55,902 nucleotides of DNA from a virus. Lineage: Duplodnaviria > Caudoviricetes. Under the pieces are notes generated by a model. It searched no databases, was not told the DNA's origin, and saw only the letters and a list, made by a program, of their open reading frames with translations. The stretch is from IMG/VR virus record IMGVR_UViG_3300017699_000061, positions 1-55,902 of that record. One strand, written 5' to 3'. A program made the translations under genes and the position numbers. Shown here piece after piece: positions 36,984 through 46,112 of the stretch. Position 1 is the first letter of the stretch, and each line of letters starts with the position of its first letter.

Positions 36984-37301
36984 CTAGTCCACGCCCCATT
37001 GCTTGTATAGAGCTTGAAGGTTTTCGCCAGTCTTCTTCGCTTGTTCTCGGGCTGTGGCGCGAAGCCTATTGCGCTTGTTGTATGAGGCTTTTCTCTTGGG
37101 CCCCATGGCATGGTAATACTTGTTCATCCTCTTCGCTTTGCTCTTGCGATAGTTGATGACAATCTGCGGCGACACCACACTCTCGTATGTGGTGAAGCGC
37201 TTATTACAGACCATGCACTCACGGCGGCGTCTAAATACATTGTCGGGTGCCTGACGTGAGTCAAGCACCCGAGTCTCTTCATCACAGTGAACGCACTTCA
37301 C
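36984..37301 (-). CDS. NrdR-like zinc-ribbon protein lacking the ATP-cone
   Basis: C..C....V.DSR....RRRREC..C..RFTTYE. Confidence 0.8.
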   Translation of the reverse strand: MKCVHCDEETRVLDSRQAPDNVFRRRRECMVCNKRFTTYESVVSPQIVINYRKSKAKRMNKYYHAMGPKRKASYNKRNRLRATAREQAKKTGENLQALYKQWGVD

Positions 37302-38044
37302 TCAAGTGGATCCTTGTCTTCAGGTTCAGATGGAAACCCAAAGGCTTTCTCAGTAGCCTTTCGCCAGTATTCGCGGGCTTCCGTCCAATGACTTCCAGTC
37401 GTCGAGAAGTGGCCTTCCTCTTTCTCCATCCCCTGGAAGGGATTATCACCATGTAGACGAATAATCTTGTAGTGTATATCTGGATCAAGGGACTTTAAAG
37501 TCTCCATGACAGCAGCATGGTACCGCTTGTATGTGCTCTGAAGATACTGGCTGTAAGCAACTCGAGACGCTTCGCCTTCGAGAGTTACCAACGAACCTTG
37601 CAGGTTCCACAAATGCTGATCGTGGACCTGTTCCTTCACAGCGTGGAGGAATTTGATGCGATCTTGGATCTTGAAATCATCGCTGGCGTAGCGTCGCACC
37701 ATGCATTCCACGAACCGCTCTCGCACTTCTTCGTTGTACCACAGAGACTCGGCCAAAGCGGCAGGGTCAGCTCGCATGAGTATCTCGTCGAGCATGTCGA
37801 CGATTGGGATCACCAGCGCATTGTCGCGCACTTCTATGTTCGGGAAGCTGTCTCTTGGATTGGTGCTTCCGGAGGAATACACTCCGTAGTTGGCACGGGT
37901 GTCTTCAATCACCACAGGCACATCCTTGGGCACCCGGATAGACCTGTTGCCATACGTGCCATGGATAACGTAGACCGCTTCGCCGGTCTTGCCGTCAATG
38001 AAATTGGGCTCGGCTGGTTTCTTGGCAGTCAATTCGACGCTCAT
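37298..38044 (-). CDS. Hypothetical protein
   Basis: 248-aa ORF, SD AGGAG, coupled to neighbours. Confidence 0.7.
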   Translation of the reverse strand: MSVELTAKKPAEPNFIDGKTGEAVYVIHGTYGNRSIRVPKDVPVVIEDTRANYGVYSSGSTNPRDSFPNIEVRDNALVIPIVDMLDEILMRADPAALAESLWYNEEVRERFVECMVRRYASDDFKIQDRIKFLHAVKEQVHDQHLWNLQGSLVTLEGEASRVAYSQYLQSTYKRYHAAVMETLKSLDPDIHYKIIRLHGDNPFQGMEKEEGHFSTTGSHWTEAREYWRKATEKAFGFPSEPEDKDPLE

Positions 38045-38271
38045 ACGATCTCTCCTGCGAAAACGGTTTCATAGACCCACGGTTCATGGATCTTGATGAT
38101 CTTGAAAATGTACTGCTGGCCACCATACCATTGGGTGATGAATTCACCCACCTGTGCATGAGCATTGTCAGGCCAGATGTAGACGGGTTCTTCACGGATG
38201 AAGATCCATGGATCGCCCTTCACCAGTGTCTTCCAAGCTGGTTCCCTGGAAATCTCAACGATATCTGGCAT
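38041..38271 (-). CDS. Hypothetical protein
   Basis: Start re-called at MPDIVEI after SD GGAG. Confidence 0.55.
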   Translation of the reverse strand: MPDIVEISREPAWKTLVKGDPWIFIREEPVYIWPDNAHAQVGEFITQWYGGQQYIFKIIKIHEPWVYETVFAGEIV

Positions 38272-38446
38272 TGAAGAACATCTCCAGGAACAGTAGCCCA
38301 AACAAGATCACAAAGCTAGTGACCATCACTACCAAGTCAATCTTGAGGTTCGGAACGTCGATTGGATAGTCATCGAGATCTTCGCGCACTCTGTAAAGCC
38401 ACACAGCTGCGAGCAAGAGCGGGACAAAACAGAGTGCGAGTTTCAT
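38255..38446 (-). CDS. Small 2-TM membrane protein
   Basis: SD GAGGAG, two hydrophobic segments. Confidence 0.6.
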   Translation of the reverse strand: MKLALCFVPLLLAAVWLYRVREDLDDYPIDVPNLKIDLVVMVTSFVILFGLLFLEMFFNARYR

Positions 38447-38450
38447 GAGA

Positions 38451-38885
38451 TCACTCCTCGAGTTTCTTCAGCAGTTCCGCTGCCTCGGGGTTTTGAGAGG
38501 CCAGCTGACTGTACCGATCTCGAGCTGACTGCTCCTTGAGCATGAGCTCGAGCTTGGCCTTGATCTGCTCCTTTTCCTTCTTCTTCTGCAGAAGATCCTG
38601 GTTGACCTTCTGCTGGACCTTGATCTGCTCCTTGGAAAGGAGACGAAGATAGAACTTCGTGGCCTTCGACGAAGCAGACTCATGGATTTCGACCACACGA
38701 GCGATCTTGACACGGTCATCGAAAGCCGTCTGAGAATAGTGACCCGGATAGGACGGACCACAGGTATCCCAGCTGATGGACGTGACCACAAGGTCACCGA
38801 TTTCCGGGATATCGTCCTCCGGCACGAGATAGTGATATTCCGCGCTCTTGCCCGGAATTTTGAAAACGACAGCGATGGACTTCAT
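38451..38885 (-). CDS. Hypothetical protein (beta-rich N-terminus, coiled-coil C-terminus)
   Basis: SD AGGAG; codon usage like neighbouring genes. Confidence 0.7.
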   Translation of the reverse strand: MKSIAVVFKIPGKSAEYHYLVPEDDIPEIGDLVVTSISWDTCGPSYPGHYSQTAFDDRVKIARVVEIHESASSKATKFYLRLLSKEQIKVQQKVNQDLLQKKKEKEQIKAKLELMLKEQSARDRYSQLASQNPEAAELLKKLEE

Positions 38886-38895
38886 CTCAGCTCTC

Positions 38896-39084
38896 CTAAC
38901 AGCGGGACTTCATGCCCCAGGTTCCAAGGATAGAAATTGGCCACAGCAAGATATGGGCTGTGACCCCGGCAGGTTTCTGACAGGCATCGACCACCATCCG
39001 GTTTACCGGGTGTAACGTGGCGATGCCCACAAGAAGGTATATGTACACCAGAGAAGTGGCCATAAGGGCCCTAAAAACACCCAT
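38896..39084 (-). CDS. Small membrane protein
   Basis: Hydrophobic N-terminus and LLWP motif; resembles the architecture of 36720-36914. Confidence 0.5.
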   Translation of the reverse strand: MGVFRALMATSLVYIYLLVGIATLHPVNRMVVDACQKPAGVTAHILLWPISILGTWGMKSRC

Positions 39085-39086
39085 GA

Positions 39087-39326
39087 TTACTCCGGCTTGC
39101 GGTTGATGATGATAGCGAACTTGTCACCTTCTGCGGAGGTATACTCGACGCAGATGGTTTCGGGTGTCATGATGACATTGGTCTTGGGCCACTTCATCGG
39201 CGCGGTCGGATATACCTTGCCAGCCGCCTTGAGCCAGGCCTCTAGCTTCATCATCTTGCGAGGTGTCGGCATCCCGTTGGTCTTGAGGATCCCAAGACTG
39301 GGATGGCTGTAACTGACCATTGGCAT
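39087..39326 (-). CDS. Hypothetical protein
   Basis: SD AAGGAG. Confidence 0.65.
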   Translation of the reverse strand: MPMVSYSHPSLGILKTNGMPTPRKMMKLEAWLKAAGKVYPTAPMKWPKTNVIMTPETICVEYTSAEGDKFAIIINRKPE

Positions 39327-39328
39327 GG

Positions 39329-39655
39329 TTACTCTCCTTCCAATTTAGGATTGAGAGCTTCCAACTGAATATCGAAAAGCTCGTCCTCGGCCGCGCATTC
39401 AGCGTCATAGGCATCGGCTTTTTTCGTAGCCTCAGCGGCTTCCTCATCTGTGCAAGGATGCCAAGTCAAATTCATGAGACCGAAATAGCCGTTGTCAGGG
39501 CTGTTGTTCTTTATGGAACCTGAGACCTGTTCTTCGAGCTGCTTGAAGACATACCCAAGCCATGCACGGCGACCAGAACGGGGACCCCACTGCTGGCTTG
39601 TGCCATACCATTGGGTACCGTCTTCATTTCTGATGCTAATGAAACCTAAGTCCAT
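39329..39655 (-). CDS. Hypothetical early protein
   Basis: SD GGAG; own promoter. Confidence 0.7.
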   Translation of the reverse strand: MDLGFISIRNEDGTQWYGTSQQWGPRSGRRAWLGYVFKQLEEQVSGSIKNNSPDNGYFGLMNLTWHPCTDEEAAEATKKADAYDAECAAEDELFDIQLEALNPKLEGE

Positions 39656-39682
39656 GACACAGTCTCCGCTCTTGATACAAGC

Positions 39683-39711
39683 ATCCTATGTCGAGAATGG
39701 CGGAGTGTACA
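39683..39711 (-). promoter_or_regulatory. Phage promoter
   Basis: TGTACA-N17-TAGGAT. Confidence 0.75.
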
Positions 39712-39724
39712 CAACAAAATGCGC

Positions 39725-39958
39725 CTATACGGTCACCTTGCCTCCGTGCTTATCCATGAATTTTTTCTGATCTGCAGCGTTCTTGAAGCCCCAGTAAGCG
39801 ACATCACCGATAGGAACATAGAGAATATGGTCTGAAACCATCTCCTCGACATGGTTTGGTCTGACAATTGGATCCTTGGTTCGTTCCACACGAAACGGAT
39901 ATCCCGTTTTGTAACGATCCCAGAACCTCTGGTTTGTCCTGATTTGATGATCGTTCAA
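39725..39958 (-). CDS. Hypothetical protein
   Basis: Start re-called at TTG after SD GGAG, coupled to a 58-aa ORF at 39955-40131. Confidence 0.5.
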   Translation of the reverse strand: MNDHQIRTNQRFWDRYKTGYPFRVERTKDPIVRPNHVEEMVSDHILYVPIGDVAYWGFKNAADQKKFMDKHGGKVTV

Positions 39959-40127
39959 TGGTAGATCTCCGAGTCTGGCTGTGGCTTGATCTGATCGCTG
40001 TTGATCAGGATCTTCAGCATGGTTCGAGTCTTGGTCAGTTTCCACAGCTCGCGCTTGGTTCTGTAGAATACCCAAGCTCCGTGGACATGAAGCCACCACA
40101 GTTGGATTTCGAGTGACAGATTGCGGA

Positions 40128-40427
40128 TCATTTGCTGTACCTCTTGGTGCGCCAGGGTTTCCAGGTTTCGCTGGGTTCTGAGACCCAGCCTACACCTGCT
40201 CGGTAATCGATATCGCCTTTGTAGACCTTGTCTGCCACTTCGATGCAGACCATCTCGCCTGGGCAGTCAGACGTCAGGGATCCTTCACCACCTCCGCAAA
40301 TCACACAGAGGGCAAGGCCACCTTCACAGAGGAAACAGCCATTGCATCCGATCCTATTACAGTGGGCCCATTTGTGGCCTGGAAATGTGATCACCTGTCC
40401 CATGGAAATTTGCCCTTGCCATTCCAA
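40128..40427 (-). CDS. Cys-rich putative zinc-binding protein
   Basis: C..C..C..C.GGL..C..C.G.EG.L...CPG. Confidence 0.6.
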   Translation of the reverse strand: MEWQGQISMGQVITFPGHKWAHCNRIGCNGCFLCEGGLALCVICGGGEGSLTSDCPGEMVCIEVADKVYKGDIDYRAGVGWVSEPSETWKPWRTKRYSK

Positions 40428-40621
40428 ACCTTGTAGTCTACGTGATCATCCGTTAAGACAGTCGACTCCCACATTGAGATTTTTTGAACGACATGGAAAG
40501 TCAGATGAGGCCAGATCTTAGCCATCGAGGAAGCAACATCCTCAGCGACTTGCTTCTCGTAGTATTCGGCAAACTCATAGATCATTTTGCCTTTGCACAA
40601 GACTATGTAATCTTTACTCAT
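40391..40621 (-). CDS. Hypothetical protein
   Basis: Likely start MSKDYIVL within ORF 40391..40723. Confidence 0.5.
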   Translation of the reverse strand: MSKDYIVLCKGKMIYEFAEYYEKQVAEDVASSMAKIWPHLTFHVVQKISMWESTVLTDDHVDYKVWNGKGKFPWDR

Positions 40622-40853
40622 ATTGTGCCAACATGACTTTGAGGATGGCTTCGGCATTCTCGGCGATCCGCTCAACAACGTCTCCGTCATTGGGGCCTCG
40701 ACCGATGATCTGCCGAATGTCATGCTCTATATTGATGCGCCGCGCTATAGCCAGATGATCATGAAGACCGCCTTTGAAATCCTCGTAGCGCGTGACGGTG
40801 ACCATCTTCACTTTGGTGGCCTTACGCGGAAACAGCTCCTGATCAACCGGCAT
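40614..40853 (-). CDS. Hypothetical protein
   Basis: Likely start MPVDQELF after SD GGAGG. Confidence 0.5.
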   Translation of the reverse strand: MPVDQELFPRKATKVKMVTVTRYEDFKGGLHDHLAIARRINIEHDIRQIIGRGPNDGDVVERIAENAEAILKVMLAQYE

Positions 40854-41052
40854 CTCTGAGATCCTCCATGGTCTTGAGATAGGCAGCAAATGCCGAGAAC
40901 AGGAGAACTTGAAACAACAGCTCCCCAAGGAAATTGAAGCCACAGATAGCTGCTAACCAAGCTGATATGGCAACGATTGCAGCAAGTATCGACATGGCTG
41001 CAGATAGCGCCAAAGCCGTGACAAGGTAATTGCGCAGATATATCTGGATCAT
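40843..41052 (-). CDS. Small 2-TM membrane protein
   Basis: Hydrophobic 69-aa ORF. Confidence 0.55.
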   Translation of the reverse strand: MIQIYLRNYLVTALALSAAMSILAAIVAISAWLAAICGFNFLGELLFQVLLFSAFAAYLKTMEDLRDAG

Positions 41053-41228
41053 GACACCCTCACCTTCTGCTTGGGAGAAACCGTTGCCATGTGCCTCATG
41101 GTCAATTCGTAGACAAGATGAGGCTGACCTTCTTCAAGAGTCAACTTGTCGGCATGCCTTACGGCTTCCTCGAGACTGAGAAATCCGCCCTTGCGATACG
41201 GACCAACATAGGCGCGAACTTCGAACAT
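41049..41228 (-). CDS. Small hypothetical protein (59 aa)
   Basis: MFEVRAYVGPYRKGGF..; SD AAGGA; ATGA coupling. Confidence 0.55.
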   Translation of the reverse strand: MFEVRAYVGPYRKGGFLSLEEAVRHADKLTLEEGQPHLVYELTMRHMATVSPKQKVRVS

Positions 41229-41239
41229 GGATGTCTTCC

Positions 41240-41701
41240 TTAGAAGGGAATGTCGTCATCAAGCGTATCACGACTATTTGGGGATTGATACCCGGAAGAG
41301 TAGCCATCGCTACGGTCTTGGCCACTATTTCTCGAGCCGCGATCGTCGTCGTGATCATTGCTTTTTGACCCACCACCGAACATCTTCATCTGGCAGTTAT
41401 AGCCTTGAAGGATGATCTCGGTCATGTATTTGGTGACGCCATCCTGCTCCCAAGAGCGGTACTGGATCTGACCTTCAATCAGAACCTCCATGCCCTTCTT
41501 GAGATACTTCTCCATGATCTTGGAGAGGTTGGCATTCATGCACACGATCTGATGCCATTGCACTTTCTCCTTCTTCTCACCAGATGACTTGTCGGTCCAC
41601 GTCTCGGATGTGACCATGCGGAATTTCGCGATGGTCATACCAGACGGCGTGGTGATCACGGGATCGGTGCCGAGACGGCCAATCAAGGTTACACGGTTCA
41701 T
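41240..41701 (-). CDS. ssb: Bacterial-type single-stranded DNA-binding protein
   Basis: NRV.LIGRLG.DP, WH.IV, YLKKG..V.IEG, C-terminal DDDIPF. Confidence 0.95.
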   Translation of the reverse strand: MNRVTLIGRLGTDPVITTPSGMTIAKFRMVTSETWTDKSSGEKKEKVQWHQIVCMNANLSKIMEKYLKKGMEVLIEGQIQYRSWEQDGVTKYMTEIILQGYNCQMKMFGGGSKSNDHDDDRGSRNSGQDRSDGYSSGYQSPNSRDTLDDDIPF

Positions 41702-41907
41702 TGTTCTTTTTCCTCTATGTCCGAGGCATTCGGACGTGGTTCTTGGTGCTCATCACCAGTAGCGAAAACGACGACATCACCATCGGCCATCTCACGCTTG
41801 GCGCGGAGATCCCAGGCGCGATGGTAAAAATCAGGTCGGCCAAAGACGCGGACTGCGTTCCACAGTCGGTCGTCCTTGAAGCCGACAAAGTGGAGGCATG
41901 GTCTCAT
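41698..41907 (-). CDS. Conserved hypothetical phage protein
   Basis: HFVGF...AVRVFG.PDF.HR.WD.RA pattern. Confidence 0.65.
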   Translation of the reverse strand: MRPCLHFVGFKDDRLWNAVRVFGRPDFYHRAWDLRAKREMADGDVVVFATGDEHQEPRPNASDIEEKEQ

Positions 41908-42590
41908 GTCAGCCTCTTGGTTTCTTCCGCATTCATGGGTCGGTTGATGTCAACATTCTTGGCGGCGACAGTGCCATGAAAATCACCGATGCGACCATGA
42001 CCCCGGTCATGTGACTCGGCTTTACGACCTTTGGTGGTTTCCTTGACGAAGTCATCGATGGCCTTCTGGAGATCGATGTCCAGAGCAAAGGCATGGACCT
42101 TGGGAGCAATGGTGCGGAGCCATCCCTTGCAGAAGCCGTCGAGTTCAGCACTCATGGACTTGCCTCGAGAGAAACCGGCCTGTGACAGTTGAACAGAGAA
42201 CGCATTGCGTTCCTTGACAAGCTGTCGAAGAAGAAAGGTAACCGTGTACTCAGCCAAGGGCAGGTTCATTTTTGGACCGACAAAGGCAAATCGTCCCCAG
42301 TAGTCAATATCCTTGCTGCGACCCGGGTAAAACATGACTTTGCAGCCAAAAGCCTTTCCCACGATGTGAAAGAGACTGTTTTCCCAGTCCTTGACCTTCG
42401 AGACAGACTGCGTCGACTTGACCTTGATCTCGCCAATCTGGTGGCGCAGCAGACTGGACTGAGTCAGATTATGCTCAGCCATGATTTCACTTGCCTTGGC
42501 AAGCGCAGCAGCTGCCTCATTGGCATTGCTCGAGGTGGACAGATTGAGAAGCTTCTGGATCCGGTCCAGCAGCTTGGAATTGTCAGTCAT
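41904..42590 (-). CDS. DUF2786-domain protein
   Basis: LDRIQKLL.L..S.N.NEA.AA..KA..IM..H.L N-terminus; F..GW. Confidence 0.78.
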   Translation of the reverse strand: MTDNSKLLDRIQKLLNLSTSSNANEAAAALAKASEIMAEHNLTQSSLLRHQIGEIKVKSTQSVSKVKDWENSLFHIVGKAFGCKVMFYPGRSKDIDYWGRFAFVGPKMNLPLAEYTVTFLLRQLVKERNAFSVQLSQAGFSRGKSMSAELDGFCKGWLRTIAPKVHAFALDIDLQKAIDDFVKETTKGRKAESHDRGHGRIGDFHGTVAAKNVDINRPMNAEETKRLT

Positions 42591-42648
42591 GATCGCTCTC
42601 CATGGCACTTACTGCTGGGCTCTAGAGCCCAGTGTGTAAATGTCAAAA

Positions 42649-42837
42649 TCACTTAGACATAAGATGCTGGGCATGATAGTAAGTTTCGGCCGCCTTAGTT
42701 TGGTAGCGAACAGCCGCGCGGCGATACTTAGCCTTGCTCCGTCCGTCACGGACAAGTTCCATCATTTCCAAGCTATGAACCGCAGACTTATAATAGCTGT
42801 AAGCCAGGATCTGATAATTAACAGCAAGGTTGGACAT
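42649..42837 (-). CDS. Small early protein
   Basis: SD ACGGAG; own promoter. Confidence 0.65.
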   Translation of the reverse strand: MSNLAVNYQILAYSYYKSAVHSLEMMELVRDGRSKAKYRRAAVRYQTKAAETYYHAQHLMSK

Positions 42838-42863
42838 GGTCGTTCTCCGTGGTTGATGTTAAG

Positions 42864-42892
42864 ATCTTACGGCAAAACGGGTGGCATGTACA
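42864..42892 (-). promoter_or_regulatory. Phage promoter
   Basis: TGTACA-N17-TAAGAT; upstream AAAATAGTTGCACAA element. Confidence 0.75.
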
Positions 42893-42905
42893 CAGGCTTG
42901 TGCAA

Positions 42906-43298
42906 CTATTTTGAGCCCATCCCTATGACCGAGCCATCCTTACGTCTTAGATGTTTTGGTCGTCCCTTCTTGCCTGGGGTGGCAACAACCAAGGGCTGGT
43001 CATATAGCCAATCCTCAAACTCCTTCATGGTAACCACCTGTAATGGACCAGAGTCACACGTCTTTAGATAAGGTCCACCTGCTCCCACTTGGATAGTGGC
43101 GTCAGACCACAGAAGACCGTAACGCCTCTCATACTTCATGAGGCGTACAGGTATTGGTTCCGGAAGAGAGCCGTCAGCTACACGTTCCATGGATTTCTTG
43201 AGCAAGGCTGTAGCCCTCTTGTCGAGTTCTTCTTGGGTCCATTGGACCATAACAGCCTTATCATAAGGCTTAGTATCGGGCTCCGAGGATCTGGACAA
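42906..43298 (-). CDS. Hypothetical protein
   Basis: SD AAGGAG, TTG start. Confidence 0.6.
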   Translation of the reverse strand: MSRSSEPDTKPYDKAVMVQWTQEELDKRATALLKKSMERVADGSLPEPIPVRLMKYERRYGLLWSDATIQVGAGGPYLKTCDSGPLQVVTMKEFEDWLYDQPLVVATPGKKGRPKHLRRKDGSVIGMGSK

Positions 43299-43809
43299 GT
43301 TCGGACTCCTTCTTCAGAAGTTCTCGGATGACGGTCTTCATCACAATGACATCTCCGCCATTGAAGCTGTTCGTGATAATCGTCTCGATGGTCCTGGCTT
43401 TGTTCTCTCGGTCTGCAGCCTCATAAGAAGAATGCTCCCCGCCATAAGCATCGAAGTATTTCGTCGTCACTTCTGTCTTGACTTCGGGGACCACGTGCAT
43501 TGGTCTGATGCACGCTTCCGGTGGTGTTTCGGTCATGATGGGATATTCCTTCTTGCGGTTGTAAGCACGATGTTTTTCATAACTACGTGAGGCTGTTGTA
43601 CCAGGACCAGATTTCTTATATTCTACAGTCCATCCAGCCTCACAAGCTTTGGCTATGTTCTTAGGAGTATCCTTGATTGTGACTGTTCCACAGGTGAGAT
43701 GAAGACCATTGGCCAGTTGAATGTAGCCATCATCTCGGACCTCGCCGGGTTGATATTCATGAGGATCTATTCCAACTTCGCCTGGCTTATATTTATACGA
43801 TCTCATCAT
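43270..43809 (-). CDS. Hypothetical protein
   Basis: 179-aa ORF coupled to the upstream gene. Confidence 0.6.
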   Translation of the reverse strand: MMRSYKYKPGEVGIDPHEYQPGEVRDDGYIQLANGLHLTCGTVTIKDTPKNIAKACEAGWTVEYKKSGPGTTASRSYEKHRAYNRKKEYPIMTETPPEACIRPMHVVPEVKTEVTTKYFDAYGGEHSSYEAADRENKARTIETIITNSFNGGDVIVMKTVIRELLKKESELVQILGARY

Positions 43810-44027
43810 GTCCGGGACTCCACAACCTTGAGAGAGTCGAATTTCACCATAGCATTGAAGGCTCGAGAGGCCTCATTGTTCGTCGAATAGGGAGCTTCCA
43901 TCACGTCCTTATGGCTCCACAGCACAGGATTTCCGGTGACACCGTCCAATAGAAGACGATTTGGTTTTCCTGGCACAGCATAACTGATGCAGTAGTTTCC
44001 GTTCGTGCTTCGGACAAAGACAATCAT
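43806..44027 (-). CDS. Hypothetical protein
   Basis: ATGA coupling on both sides. Confidence 0.6.
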   Translation of the reverse strand: MIVFVRSTNGNYCISYAVPGKPNRLLLDGVTGNPVLWSHKDVMEAPYSTNNEASRAFNAMVKFDSLKVVESRT

Positions 44028-44953
44028 GTTGCCACCTTCTGCATGGTAAGAACGCGTTCACGGATCAGCATGCCTTTAGTCGGGTCGCCACGGTAATGAG
44101 GCTCGATCCAGATAACATGCTCCGACGAAGTGTCTCGATGGTAACACCGGAAGTGTCCCAGGACGAGATGATAGCGCTTCTTACCTCCTCCATGGTAATG
44201 GTTTCCGTTTCCGCCGCCAGATTGCCCAGTAATGACGCCCACTCGGGATCCGAGAACTCCAAACCGCATCTTGACGCGTCGGTACTCGAGCAGGTCGAGC
44301 TTACCGTGCTTGCGCCTCTTCTGCTGAAGTTTGGGAGGATGCTTGACATCACAGTGCTCGATCACTTTCGGTTGTTGAAGTAGGAACAGCCCGAACAACA
44401 CGGACTTCATGACAAGGTTGAGCGTCATGGTCCATGTGTCGACATTGACCTTCGTCATCTCCCGGCCATCAATCGACCATTGTATCTTGGCTTGAATATC
44501 ACCATTCGCATATGGAGGCAGAGCCATGTCATACACGGCAAGGATTGAGGTTGCGTCGATGTTGAGCAGCTTATCGTGGGAAGTTACCACGATACTCATC
44601 CGCAATGGAAGATCGGTGTCAGAGCTTGGACAGAGCAGAACGCCCATCTTATCAAAGCTTTCGCGATGATTACCTTTGTGGACGTCACGCCACTCCATCC
44701 AGATGTTCTCACATGGCAGACGGACATGCTTGTAGATCATGTTCAAGTCGATCTGCTTTTCTCGGATCATCTCCAACATAATCTCGTTGAGCGGTTCCTC
44801 GAACACTACACGATCGGCATGGCGATCGTATTCCTTGGCAGAGGTGATGCTCAACGTCAGACGGTCGATCACGTCTTGGTGATAATGCCGAGCTCCTTGA
44901 TAGGCGAGCTTGTTGGCATCGAATTCGATGAACTTCTGTGCAAGAGTGGTCAT
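44024..44953 (-). CDS. Hypothetical protein with C-terminal H...GH.R..W..PH.RG motif
   Basis: 309-aa ORF, SD GGAG. Confidence 0.75.
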   Translation of the reverse strand: MTTLAQKFIEFDANKLAYQGARHYHQDVIDRLTLSITSAKEYDRHADRVVFEEPLNEIMLEMIREKQIDLNMIYKHVRLPCENIWMEWRDVHKGNHRESFDKMGVLLCPSSDTDLPLRMSIVVTSHDKLLNIDATSILAVYDMALPPYANGDIQAKIQWSIDGREMTKVNVDTWTMTLNLVMKSVLFGLFLLQQPKVIEHCDVKHPPKLQQKRRKHGKLDLLEYRRVKMRFGVLGSRVGVITGQSGGGNGNHYHGGGKKRYHLVLGHFRCYHRDTSSEHVIWIEPHYRGDPTKGMLIRERVLTMQKVAT

Positions 44954-44979
44954 GGTTCGGCTCTCCGCTCTCAGTGGGG

Positions 44980-45264
44980 TTAAGAATTGCCTCGGATGAT
45001 GGTGTCGGGTTCTTTTACCCAGTCAGGACAGTGCTCGTCGATTAGGCCGATGTACATGTCCAAAGGTGGTGATGGCTTGCCCTTTCGCTTAGCTTTCCTG
45101 ATGGCCTCCTGCGTTGGACCGCGAACTGCCACCAGCATTTTCGATTTGCCGGCTGCGATGACCAGTTGCCGAACATCATCGGCCATGGAATTCAGCGTAA
45201 AGTTGTTGCACTCCATGCCCATGTAGCTTTGGACAATTCGCCCTATGTGCTGTTCGAAGGTCAT
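44980..45264 (-). CDS. Hypothetical protein
   Basis: Coupled ORF in the leftward early operon. Confidence 0.6.
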   Translation of the reverse strand: MTFEQHIGRIVQSYMGMECNNFTLNSMADDVRQLVIAAGKSKMLVAVRGPTQEAIRKAKRKGKPSPPLDMYIGLIDEHCPDWVKEPDTIIRGNS

Positions 45265-45476
45265 TTGAGATGCCTGTCCATAGACGCGTTCAGTATTTCG
45301 ATGTGGACATGGATCGAGGGATGCTCATCCCACAGCAGATCTTGGATCTGGCGCAGTTTGCGGACAGCCTTGAGCCTGCGTTTTTCTCGTTGCAGGTCGG
45401 CCCAGGAGGCTCGGATCTTGGCGATGCTATCATTCCAAGCCTGGTTGATGGATGACTCATTACGACCCGCTGGCAT
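45261..45476 (-). CDS. Hypothetical protein
   Basis: SD AAGGAG. Confidence 0.6.
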   Translation of the reverse strand: MPAGRNESSINQAWNDSIAKIRASWADLQREKRRLKAVRKLRQIQDLLWDEHPSIHVHIEILNASMDRHLK

Positions 45477-45888
45477 CGGTGTTCTCCTTTGTTTCCCGAC
45501 CTTGGGTCGAGTTGGCGGGATAACCTTCGAGCGGATTGTACAAACCTTGGAAAAGCAGGTTCATCATGCCAAGACGCAACATCATGTCAAATTTGCGCAC
45601 AACGACAGGATCTTTGTGATGCTCAGACTGAAGCATCTTTGAAAGATCGACCTTCCAAGCCTCGGTTAAGGTGTCGGTTATCCAACCCACCTCTTCAAGA
45701 TTAAGGTCGATTGGTAGGACCTTCATCTCTGTGTCTGTATCGGTAATTTCTTCAATCCAGTTTTCGATTTCTTCTGCTATATCTGCAATGCGATCTAGTT
45801 CCTGAATTGGTTCATTCTCGCTCTCATTGACAACAATTTTCAAAGCCGCTCGGAGGCGGGCGATCTTCAGGGCAATCGAGGTTTTCAT
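45460..45888 (-). CDS. Hypothetical acidic protein
   Basis: 142-aa ORF, coupled. Confidence 0.6.
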   Translation of the reverse strand: MKTSIALKIARLRAALKIVVNESENEPIQELDRIADIAEEIENWIEEITDTDTEMKVLPIDLNLEEVGWITDTLTEAWKVDLSKMLQSEHHKDPVVVRKFDMMLRLGMMNLLFQGLYNPLEGYPANSTQGRETKENTDASGS

Positions 45889-46112
45889 TGCATGGACTCC
45901 AACATCCGGTGAATAGCGCTAAGCAAATCCTCTGTCTCACGCAGAAGCCAAGCGCGATTGGTTTCACGCTGTTCCAGTGGGATTAGCGGGTTGACGCTAT
46001 CTAGGCCAAACCTCTGGGTCTTGCCTGCAGCTGCCAGGAATTCACCCGCCTCTTCAATGGTGTGAGACAGTCTCTTCTCGAAACCATCTTGGATAAATTG
46101 TGCATGGCTCAC
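45885..46112 (-). CDS. Small MazG-like protein
   Basis: EEAGE...A.GK..RFG ... N...L..E..DL pattern; GTG start after SD GGAG. Confidence 0.55.
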   Translation of the reverse strand: MSHAQFIQDGFEKRLSHTIEEAGEFLAAAGKTQRFGLDSVNPLIPLEQRETNRAWLLRETEDLLSAIHRMLESMQ

